Of a stretch of 12,724 nucleotides of DNA, positions 1 through 7,188 are shown in pieces (positions within the stretch are counted from its first letter, which is position 1; every line of letters begins with the position of its first letter). The DNA lies in the NCBI GenBank assembly GCA_002713205.1, contig PAVW01000003.1, positions 16,201 through 28,924 on the forward strand. Direction: 5' to 3'. A program made the position numbers and the translations under genes. The stretch comes from Nitrososphaerota archaeon. Lineage in GTDB: Archaea; Thermoproteota; Nitrososphaeria; Nitrososphaerales; UBA57. A model generated the notes under the pieces. That model was not told the DNA's origin. It saw nothing but the letters and a program-made list of their open reading frames with translations, and made no database searches.

Positions 1-169
1 CTTTGTTAAAATTGGTTTAACTATCTGCAATACAAGAATACAATAAGTTAGCACTATTTAAGTTCTTTAGCCGAAGGCAAGATTATTGCAATAGATTAAC
101 TTATTTCTTTAGACCAAATAAAGAAGTGTTTTGGTTCATGGAAAAATTATACTCAATAATGTTAATTTA

Positions 170-1540
170 TTATAGTGTTTTTTCTATTATTGTAATACTT
201 CCTATTTTTGAATTACTAGGATCAGCATACCAGATATTCCCCTGTTTATCAATAGTTAACCACTGCACTAAGGGCGCTACTGATGGTATTTGAATTAGTT
301 TTGTTAATGCGGTTTCTGGATCCAGAACAGCTATCTTGTCTGTCACATGTTCTGCATACCATATATTTCCATATCTATCTTCAATCATCCCCGAAACCAA
401 TGCATATTCACTCTGCACAACATATCTATCAAACGTTAATGCTATCGGATCAAATCTTGTTATATTAGTACCACCATGTTCTCCAATCCATATCTTCCCA
501 TTAGATTCTTGTAAGAAAGACGCTGGTGTTACTAATCTTGTATCTATTGGTTGATATTCTACAATTTCGTTTGAAATAGGATCTAAAAGACCTATACTTC
601 CTCTACCAATTTCCGTAAACCACACACGTTCAAATTCATCTATCAGAATTGCTGCAGGGTGAATATCTTCATCTAAGTCAAATATCTTGAAGTTTTCACT
701 CTTGGAATCAAATCTTATAATCTTGCTTTTATTTATTATGGCAATCCATACATTATCATTAGAATCAATTTGTAAATCAATCATGAATCCTTCTATAGGA
801 GGTCTGAAAGTTCTTGTTACATGTTCGTCTGGATCTATATAGCCAAAAGTAATCGTCTTAGTATCAGTGAACCAAACTCTCCCTTTACTATCCATTGCCA
901 ATTTCATCGATGATTCCCCATCATGACTAAAGAATTCAAAGTCTTTAGTTTCAAGATTGAATTTCCATATTCCAGGATTAATAATATCACTTATCCATAT
1001 GACATCTCTTTTTTTATCGTAAAGAGGCACAAGAGGAAGTGATTTTGGATCCAATATTGAATATTCTTTTAAAATAAATTCAAGTTCGTTTAAACTAATC
1101 TTTGGAACTTCAATTACGTTCCCTATATGTCCCCTTGCAATCTTATTGCTATTCTTATCAAAAACTAACCATTCATAGGATGAATTTGTCTTACCTATAA
1201 CTATCACTTGCAAAGACTCACCAGATTTGACAGGTTGATTGTCTGTATGTACAGTTACTGTACTCTGATCAATCCTATCCCTATCCCATCCTCGAGCTTT
1301 TATGAATTTGATGTCACCATCTATTATTTTGAGTTTAAATTCGAATATAGGCTGTGCATTGAAATTCTTAATTACTAGTAATGTGAGTTTATTCTTTTGT
1401 TTCATTGATATAGAAACATCATCATGACTAACAGACTCTTCAGCTAATACACTAGTGATTCTGATTTGTTGTGAAGGCACTACTAATACTATAAAGAGAA
1501 CCACAACTAGAAATGTAGTGATAATTACTTTTAGTTTCAA
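170..1540 (-). CDS. Secreted or membrane-anchored seven-bladed beta-propeller protein (Vgb/NHL-type repeats) with an N-terminal Ig-like domain
   Basis: 456-aa ORF with a TTG start (caa at 1538-1540 on +). It has an N-terminal hydrophobic signal/anchor (KVIITTFLVVVLFIVLVVP). Seven repeats of about 40-45 aa each carry a [VI]W[FIY] strand (VIWISD, RVWFTD, NVWIAI, RVWFTE, KIWIGE, NIWYAE, NIWYAD). These are typically followed by I-x-x-[FLI]-D-P turns, the pattern I associate with streptogramin-lyase-like (COG4257, from memory) and NHL propellers. Function is not inferable. Confidence 0.75.
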   Translation of the reverse strand: MKLKVIITTFLVVVLFIVLVVPSQQIRITSVLAEESVSHDDVSISMKQKNKLTLLVIKNFNAQPIFEFKLKIIDGDIKFIKARGWDRDRIDQSTVTVHTDNQPVKSGESLQVIVIGKTNSSYEWLVFDKNSNKIARGHIGNVIEVPKISLNELEFILKEYSILDPKSLPLVPLYDKKRDVIWISDIINPGIWKFNLETKDFEFFSHDGESSMKLAMDSKGRVWFTDTKTITFGYIDPDEHVTRTFRPPIEGFMIDLQIDSNDNVWIAIINKSKIIRFDSKSENFKIFDLDEDIHPAAILIDEFERVWFTEIGRGSIGLLDPISNEIVEYQPIDTRLVTPASFLQESNGKIWIGEHGGTNITRFDPIALTFDRYVVQSEYALVSGMIEDRYGNIWYAEHVTDKIAVLDPETALTKLIQIPSVAPLVQWLTIDKQGNIWYADPSNSKIGSITIIEKTL

Positions 1541-1644
1541 TCTACTCTTTTACATACAAGGAGCTAATTAATTGAACCTATTGAATAAATTGATATATTT
1601 ATAGAGTGTTTAGTTATCTTAATTTCTAATAATATATTTTTAAA

Positions 1645-2103
1645 TTAAACTGATTGAACAACAAACTGCCCCATATGTAATGGATGCCCTTCACCACAGA
1701 ATATAGTACAGAAATAAGTGAAAATACCTGTTTTGTCCGCCGTGAACTTGATTACAGATTGGGCATTGGGACTGATATGTATACTACCGATTTCTGGATA
1801 ACCATCTATGGCAAACCCGTGTGGTATATCCAAACTCTCTAACATAATAGTTACTGTCTGACCTTCATATACAGTTATAGAACAATAATCGAACCTCCAC
1901 TGATATGCATGCATCGTTATTTCTATTGTATCTTTGGATGAATCAGCTTTGAAAACATCCTCGTAACACTCGTTAGCATTTTGTAATCGTGTACCAAGAA
2001 TTTCATCAGATTCATCTATTCGCTGCTGCATAGATATAAAAACCATGAATATAGCAACAGTGATTATACCACCTGTCACACCTGCCATTATCATTCTATT
2101 CAT
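1645..2103 (-). CDS. N-terminally membrane-anchored CuA-type cupredoxin (cytochrome c oxidase subunit II / NosZ C-terminal domain-like)
   Basis: 152-aa ORF with one N-terminal TM helix (MAGVTGGIITVAIFMVFISM). The cupredoxin ligand pattern is H95 in LDIPHGFAIDG, then C132-TIF-C136-GEG-H140-PL-H143-M144 (codons 1672-1710). This compares with canonical CuA H...C-x3-C-x3-H-x2-M (e.g. CSEICGxxHxxM). No oxidase subunit I gene is adjacent. Confidence 0.8.
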   Translation of the reverse strand: MNRMIMAGVTGGIITVAIFMVFISMQQRIDESDEILGTRLQNANECYEDVFKADSSKDTIEITMHAYQWRFDYCSITVYEGQTVTIMLESLDIPHGFAIDGYPEIGSIHISPNAQSVIKFTADKTGIFTYFCTIFCGEGHPLHMGQFVVQSV

Positions 2104-2241
2104 AATTAAATTTCCTTCATTCTATAATTTGTGTGTTATTTATTCAATAGAAAGAAAATTACCATATAATTCTCCATATGTCTTTACGTAAAAATCCTTC
2201 ATATGTAATAATTAGATACAAATACAACTATTCACCGTATG

Positions 2242-2248
2242 TTTATTA
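2242..2248 (+). promoter_or_regulatory. Putative TATA box for 2276-2830
   Basis: tttatta is centred about 30 nt upstream of the ATG at 2276. The spacing fits an archaeal TATA at about -27 and a leaderless or very short-leader mRNA. Pattern-based only. Confidence 0.3.
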
Positions 2249-2275
2249 GAAAAGTTAATTAAGTTAAATGTTAAG

Positions 2276-2830
2276 ATGAACATTATGAAAAATATAGTGT
2301 TAGGAATAGCTGTAACAGCAGTATTTGCCACAATAATAGCAATATCATTGACGTCGGTAGTAGATAGTACAGAACCAGAAATTGGTACTGACGCTGTCAC
2401 TTTATTGCTCAATTACAAAAGAATACCAGCAGGAGACTTCATACACGTATATGATTCTACACCATTCCCTATAGCACAAGGACATATTGCAGTAAAAGTA
2501 GATTGTAATGAAGCTGGACACGGTATTGCATCACTTGCAATAGGTGTTGCACCAGAATTAGAAGTGAAAAAGCTGACAATGGATAATATGGTTCATGAAT
2601 TATCTTCCCATGGAGATATGTGTCTTTACCATATAGATTTACCACCAGAACATGGTTCGATGGTAACGGATGTAGCACTAATGAATACTAGTAGCAAATC
2701 AATAAGGCTTGGACCAACTGCCACAGTAGTTATGCATGTACAAAGCTTCGGTGACGAAATGGAACACAAAGAAAGTACAGACATGAAGCACGGAGATATG
2801 GGAAAAGAAGGTATGAAAATGGATAAATAA
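2276..2830 (+). CDS. N-terminally anchored extracytoplasmic protein with a Met/His-rich C-terminal tail (putative metal, likely copper, binding)
   Basis: 184-aa ORF with an N-terminal TM/signal anchor (IVLGIAVTAVFATIIAISL). The last 32 residues, MHVQSFGDEMEHKESTDMKHGDMGKEGMKMDK (2732-2827), contain 7 Met and 4 His. It is transcribed divergently from the cupredoxin gene. The start could also be the ATG at 2285. Confidence 0.7.
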   Translation: MNIMKNIVLGIAVTAVFATIIAISLTSVVDSTEPEIGTDAVTLLLNYKRIPAGDFIHVYDSTPFPIAQGHIAVKVDCNEAGHGIASLAIGVAPELEVKKLTMDNMVHELSSHGDMCLYHIDLPPEHGSMVTDVALMNTSSKSIRLGPTATVVMHVQSFGDEMEHKESTDMKHGDMGKEGMKMDK

Positions 2831-2841
2831 ATACCTATGAC

Positions 2842-2848
2842 TTTTTTT
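2842..2848 (+). terminator. Putative oligo-T archaeal terminator after 2276-2830
   Basis: A T7 run lies 12 nt after the TAA stop at 2828-2830. Oligo-dT tracts are the known archaeal RNA polymerase termination signal. A new TATA-like element follows. Confidence 0.35.
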
Positions 2849-2859
2849 AAATGTAAGAG

Positions 2860-2873
2860 TTATATTATAAAAT
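2860..2873 (+). promoter_or_regulatory. Putative TATA box for the 2893-3435 / 3447-4874 transcription unit
   Basis: ttatattataaaat is centred about 25-30 nt upstream of the ATG at 2893. Confidence 0.35.
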
Positions 2874-2892
2874 ATTATCAGAAATAATCATT

Positions 2893-3435
2893 ATGATGTA
2901 TAGAATGTATTATTTTTCATCATTTATTATTCTTACAGTGATAATATTAACAGGAGTTAATGTGGTATTTGCTCAGGAAACAGTAGAAGATGAAAACAAA
3001 CCGATGATAGCGCCTACAGATAAGGGTTCCATTGATGTCGAACTCTCATGGTCGCCTATCCCGTTAGAACCAGAGCAGACAACGCAATTGCATATACGTT
3101 TCCTTCAGAAAGATAAAGTGACACTACAACAACATATAGATTATAAAATATTTGTAGAGAATGATGGAATAGAAGTCTTCAGAATACCTCTCACACATAC
3201 GAACCCTGGTGAAGTTACCATACCATACGCTTTTACATCAACAGGTAGCTTCTTGATAGGTGTTGACGTTGAAGGTATACTCTTTCAACCCATATCGAAA
3301 GAAACCGCTACATTTTCAGTGGTAGTAGTACCAGAATTCCCAATTAGTGTGATGTTTATAATGACCATTGTTATAGCTGCTACTATAATTTCGATAAGAA
3401 TGAAGCCTTACGCAAAATCTATATATAAAAATTAA
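2893..3435 (+). CDS. Secreted single-module Ig-like protein with a PEFG-CTERM-like archaeosortase sorting signal
   Basis: 180-aa ORF with a signal peptide (FSSFIILTVIILTGVNVVFA|QE). One module of about 100 aa follows (IDVELSWSPIPLEPEQTTQLHIRFLQ...GSFLIGVDVEG). The C-terminus is tripartite: VVPEFPIS (PEFP codons 3331-3342), a hydrophobic helix VMFIMTIVIAATIISI, then basic RMK. Confidence 0.8.
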   Translation: MMYRMYYFSSFIILTVIILTGVNVVFAQETVEDENKPMIAPTDKGSIDVELSWSPIPLEPEQTTQLHIRFLQKDKVTLQQHIDYKIFVENDGIEVFRIPLTHTNPGEVTIPYAFTSTGSFLIGVDVEGILFQPISKETATFSVVVVPEFPISVMFIMTIVIAATIISIRMKPYAKSIYKN

Positions 3436-3446
3436 TTGTTTAGAAA

Positions 3447-4874
3447 ATGATGAAAAATAATGTATTACTATACATGTTTATAACATCTGCATTTATTGTT
3501 TCAATGATAAATTTTATACCTGTATTTGGTCATGGTCTGGCGGGTGATATGCCTCCACCAATTGATCTAAGTGGTAAAAATGTAACTGTTTTCGTTAAAA
3601 TGAACCCTGCTACGTTATCTGCTGCTGCTCCTGAAGATGCAACTATAGGAATAAGATTTTTTGATGTCACAACGGATGAGAACTTACAACAGGTAACATA
3701 CAGGATAGCGATTAAGAAAGATGGTAATTTGTTAATGAATGACTGGTTCTATCATCCTAATGGTGATCTGACGATTAAGATAAAACCCAAAGATACTGAA
3801 AAAGTAAGAATCTATGGCGATAAAGAACCACAACTCGGAGGATGGTATGGTAGGGGTGGACCACCAGTTGTTGAAGCGCCTATATTCCTTGAAGGTGGTC
3901 TATACAATATCTATGTAGAAATATTCACTGTAGGTACAACAAGGCAAATACTTGATCCACCATTACAATTTGATGCTTGGGTTAGTGTGGCGGAAGATAA
4001 TTCATTCACTGTAGTTAATAATGATAATGTATATCCAGTAATAATCAGAAGTTACTTCGATACGATCAATAAGCTTGAGTTCGAAGATGATAGTAATATG
4101 TTAAGATTTAGCATGCCGTTTAATTGGGAACCAGAATTTGTAGAATTTGTATCTATGATACATGAAGAAATTATAATTCCAAAAGATTTTAAATCATTAG
4201 TTGAGTCTGATACTTTCCAAGCATATGTGAATGATATTCCAGTAAGAGATAGAACGTTGCTTGTTGATCCTTATTCTTTTGAAGATAAATTAGTAATACA
4301 TTACTTGATAGCAACTCAGGAACTTATCAATATAAGTGAACAAATTTTAACAGATTCAACATATCCAGAAGAGATGATATTCACACTTAAGCCAATTGAA
4401 GGAACACAAACTAGAGAAGACACTAACATGAATTTGATTACTGATAATGGAAAAGTAAGAATACTAGTATCGTGGGATCAAAAAATGATCGAACCTGATA
4501 AACCTGTGAATTTTGATATTGTGTTTTTCGATGAGAATAAAAATAGTATACTCCGGGATGTTAATTATAATTTTAAGATATTCGATGATAGAGGTAATGA
4601 GATCTTCGTTAAAAACAATATTCTTAGTAATGAAGGTATAGATAGACTAACATACACGTTTGAAAATGAAGGTACTATAACATTACAGGTATATGTTATG
4701 GGTACAGGTTCGTTTCCATCTCAAATGGACACCTCCTTCATGGGAATTGTTGAAGGTTCGATAAGTGTTGTGCCAGAATTTCCTATAGGAGTAATTATAG
4801 CTATGGTAGGAGCCATTTCGGCTGTACTATTGTTCACACATAACAGATTAATGCCTAATCATTTGAAAGTTTAG
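3447..4874 (+). CDS. Large secreted multi-domain protein with a PEFG-CTERM-like sorting signal (paralogue A)
   Basis: 475-aa ORF starting 11 nt after the stop of 2893-3435 on the same strand, so it is likely co-transcribed. It has a signal peptide (FITSAFIVSMINFIPVFG|HG). The C-terminal module VRILVSWDQKMIEPDKPVNFDIVFFD is of the same type as in 2893-3435. It ends in VVPEFPIG (PEFP codons 4773-4784) + VIIAMVGAISAVLLF + THNR. It is colinear with 4855-6225. Confidence 0.85.
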   Translation: MMKNNVLLYMFITSAFIVSMINFIPVFGHGLAGDMPPPIDLSGKNVTVFVKMNPATLSAAAPEDATIGIRFFDVTTDENLQQVTYRIAIKKDGNLLMNDWFYHPNGDLTIKIKPKDTEKVRIYGDKEPQLGGWYGRGGPPVVEAPIFLEGGLYNIYVEIFTVGTTRQILDPPLQFDAWVSVAEDNSFTVVNNDNVYPVIIRSYFDTINKLEFEDDSNMLRFSMPFNWEPEFVEFVSMIHEEIIIPKDFKSLVESDTFQAYVNDIPVRDRTLLVDPYSFEDKLVIHYLIATQELINISEQILTDSTYPEEMIFTLKPIEGTQTREDTNMNLITDNGKVRILVSWDQKMIEPDKPVNFDIVFFDENKNSILRDVNYNFKIFDDRGNEIFVKNNILSNEGIDRLTYTFENEGTITLQVYVMGTGSFPSQMDTSFMGIVEGSISVVPEFPIGVIIAMVGAISAVLLFTHNRLMPNHLKV

Positions 4875-6225
4875 TTAACGATGGTCTAATTCTTATGATT
4901 ACTACTGCAGATACTAATGTGATCATCGTGAATAATGGACCAAATGGAAATTCTGGTATTACAGTAAATAGTAACGGTGCAGCCTCTCCAGTATTATTTA
5001 TATTTTCAATCAGTAACAGTATAGTACCTGTCTGTTCTTTTGTAAAAGTATAATCTTGTACTATAGCCCCTATTGGAGCTTTATGGTGTTTTCTAAAGAT
5101 CTCTGTTCCATCTTTTAGGAGTACAAAGTCAGCAGTAGAATGTCTTAATGTATCAAATGTTTTTGGATCTCTCAATGTAATTATGAATTTTGTATTCGTA
5201 TCGGGTTCTATAAGAGCAGGACTCCATGAAATTTGTAACAGGAAATTTTCTTTTCCAGACATAATTTGCACCGGGAACTTTGGAACTTCCCTTGGAATAA
5301 GAGAAAAGACAGCAGTATTCTGCTCGGATTTTTCCTTTTGTGCTATTCTTATTAACTTGTCCTTTGATATCACGAAATGAACTATTCGTGTATTCTCATA
5401 TGAATAATCATCAATCAATATTTCTCTATTAGAAAGTTCAACACCATTTATTGTACCTACATAACTATTAGACATTAACTCTGTCAAATCATGAGGAATA
5501 TGTACCTCTTCATGCACCAATGGAACCTGGCTAAGGTAGTTTACATTCCAGTATAATGGCATTGAAAAAGTTATCATTCGTAAAGATTCATCATAATAAA
5601 TATTGCTTATTTGATCGTAGTAAGTTTTGATAAAAATATCATGTTGCTTACCGATATCATCCAATACCTGATGACGTGTGGTTTTACCTATACTTGCATA
5701 TAGATCGAAGTTTAATGGTTCTGCAAGTTTATTCTCATACTGTCCCAAGGATAAAACACTAATATTGTAATGATAAAGACCTCCGTCAAGTACTGGGCCT
5801 TTTACCACTGCAGGAATTTCCCGATTAGTGACTACTGCGTTGTAAAGAGATTCTCTATTGCCGATCACTTCGTTTTTTTCGGTATCAGTATGTTCAAATC
5901 TAATCGCCACTATACCATCACTACTATGGAACTGATCGTCAAGTAGAAGTTCATTAGTGCGCATCATCTTTACACGCAAAGTTATATGGGGAATAGTAGT
6001 GTCTGTATTAACTTCACGAATACTTATGAAAGCAGTACCAACTCTATCATCTTCTTCAAGAAATACTGGTTTCATATCTAGTGTGACGTAAATCCTTACA
6101 CCATCAACCAAAATCTGTCTTGATTCATCAAAACCCAATCCTTGCCCGAACGAGGGTAATTGCATGGTGCTGAATAGCAATACCCCTGATACAATTAACA
6201 TAAAAATTGGAATGGATGAATTCAT
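4855..6225 (-). CDS. Large secreted multi-domain protein with a PEFG-CTERM-like sorting signal (paralogue B)
   Basis: 456-aa ORF with a signal peptide (IFMLIVSGVLLFSTMQLPSFG|QG). The C-terminal module is FLLQISWSPALIEPDTNTKFIITLRD. It ends in VIPEFPFG (PEFP codons 4945-4956 on the minus strand) + PLFTMITLVSAVVII + RIR. Blocks of similarity to 3447-4874 run along its whole length. Its stop (4855-4857) lies inside the 3' end of 3447-4874. Confidence 0.85.
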   Translation of the reverse strand: MNSSIPIFMLIVSGVLLFSTMQLPSFGQGLGFDESRQILVDGVRIYVTLDMKPVFLEEDDRVGTAFISIREVNTDTTIPHITLRVKMMRTNELLLDDQFHSSDGIVAIRFEHTDTEKNEVIGNRESLYNAVVTNREIPAVVKGPVLDGGLYHYNISVLSLGQYENKLAEPLNFDLYASIGKTTRHQVLDDIGKQHDIFIKTYYDQISNIYYDESLRMITFSMPLYWNVNYLSQVPLVHEEVHIPHDLTELMSNSYVGTINGVELSNREILIDDYSYENTRIVHFVISKDKLIRIAQKEKSEQNTAVFSLIPREVPKFPVQIMSGKENFLLQISWSPALIEPDTNTKFIITLRDPKTFDTLRHSTADFVLLKDGTEIFRKHHKAPIGAIVQDYTFTKEQTGTILLLIENINNTGEAAPLLFTVIPEFPFGPLFTMITLVSAVVIIRIRPSLTKLSND

Positions 6226-6250
6226 TTAAAAAAAAGTATAGTTTCTCCGA

Positions 6251-6262
6251 TAAAAATATTTA
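6251..6262 (-). promoter_or_regulatory. Putative TATA box for 4855-6225
   Basis: The minus strand reads ttaaatatttttatc, centred about 31 nt upstream of the ATG at 6225-6223. A T8 run (A8 on +, 6228-6235) sits between it and the ATG. That run could alternatively be the terminator of the upstream gene 6270-6956. Confidence 0.3.
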
Positions 6263-6269
6263 AGCGATA

Positions 6270-6956
6270 CTAGAAATCTTCATTTCTTCTTTTACGAGTC
6301 AACGAAACTATTGCTATGATTACACCAGCAGCACCAAGTCCCATCCCTAACATGCCAAAATTATAAGCATTTTCTGTATCGTAACGAAAATCAGTAACTA
6401 TTCCGATACTCTGTTCTGTCTTACTCTCCACATTCCTGATCTTGTCCGACATCTGATCAACTGTAGCTTGTAATTGATTCACAGAAGACTGTATCTGCGA
6501 TGTAAGGTTCTTCAATTCTGTAGATTCTACAGAGATATCGGGAAATGATATCTTCTTTTTATCCTCAACATCTTCCACAGGAATCTCTGCGTCAACATCA
6601 TTGTTGCTAACAATACCTTGTATCACGATCATGTAACTACCAAGCCTAGTAGGTATTATTGGAGAAGTATAGAGACCTAACTCTTGAGTAGGTTCGATAT
6701 CTAGTATTTTTGTAACACCGCCATACTTTATTTCCGCCTCTAGACTTTTGGGATCGATAATAAGCGGTTTAGATTCTTTTTTAAATTCTAACACTATAGC
6801 ATTGAGCTCCCCCACAAGTGGTGGTTCGTTAATCCATCCAGTTTTTATAGTAATATCTCCAACATGAATCTCCGTATGAGCATAAGCAGAATTAAGAACA
6901 GAGATAGAAAGCATAAATGTTAAAAATACAATTATTGAACATCTAACTATATACAT
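6270..6956 (-). CDS. Secreted, C-terminally anchored protein with a predicted N-terminal His (CopC/YcnI-like design), a coiled-coil stalk and a TM + basic tail
   Basis: The ORF track starts at 7028, but that codon is TTG and adds 24 non-signal residues. The first ATG (cat at 6954-6956 on +) gives MYIVRCSIIVFLTFMLSISVLNSAYA|HTEIHVGD, a textbook signal peptide. The mature protein begins with His, followed by a beta-rich domain (ITIKTGWINEPPLVGELNAIVLEF). Next come a heptad-like helical segment (LKNLTSQIQSSVNQLQATVDQMSDKIRNVESK), a TM helix (MLGMGLGAAGVIIAIVSL) and TRKRRNEDF. The family call is inference. Confidence 0.7.
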   Translation of the reverse strand: MYIVRCSIIVFLTFMLSISVLNSAYAHTEIHVGDITIKTGWINEPPLVGELNAIVLEFKKESKPLIIDPKSLEAEIKYGGVTKILDIEPTQELGLYTSPIIPTRLGSYMIVIQGIVSNNDVDAEIPVEDVEDKKKISFPDISVESTELKNLTSQIQSSVNQLQATVDQMSDKIRNVESKTEQSIGIVTDFRYDTENAYNFGMLGMGLGAAGVIIAIVSLTRKRRNEDF

Positions 6957-7188
6957 AGAAATGATATTTTTATTTCCACATATTACTTTAACGAAAATTC
7001 CATAATTCTTATCAATTGATTTGTACAACCCTATATATCTCTGTAAACTTGATATTTAACAACTCACTATTCATGAACTACACCTCAATATTGATATATG
7101 GCTATAAAGGCTATATTTCGAAATATATGCAAAGGTTTATGGATAATCACAAGGAATTATTGAATAACTAATAAAATTGGTGTATGAT

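Noticed and set aside
113-135. A small hairpin (accaaa / tttggt, 11-nt loop) downstream of the propeller gene, considered as a terminator
   Set aside because: It has only 6 bp with a large loop. Archaeal termination relies on oligo-T tracts rather than hairpins, so the evidence is not strong enough to annotate.
2113-2202. A repeated 8-mer, tccttcat (2113-2120 and 2195-2202), in the divergent intergenic region between the cupredoxin and Met/His-tail genes, considered as a possible operator pair
   Set aside because: A single exact 8-mer repeat in 172 bp of AT-rich DNA is within chance expectation. The flanks agree only loosely (tctataatt vs atgtaataatt). It is not a palindrome. It would need conservation data.
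3331-3342. Recurrent GAATTC/GAATTT strings at the three sorting-signal sites, considered as a possible DNA-level repeat
   Set aside because: They are simply the codons for Pro-Glu-Phe-Pro. Flanking DNA differs, so the conservation is at the protein level.
5503-5517. An HEXXH zinc-metalloprotease-like motif (HEEVH) in paralogue B (4855-6225)
   Set aside because: The equivalent position in paralogue A reads HEEII, so the second His is not conserved. No downstream third ligand motif is evident. This is most likely fortuitous.
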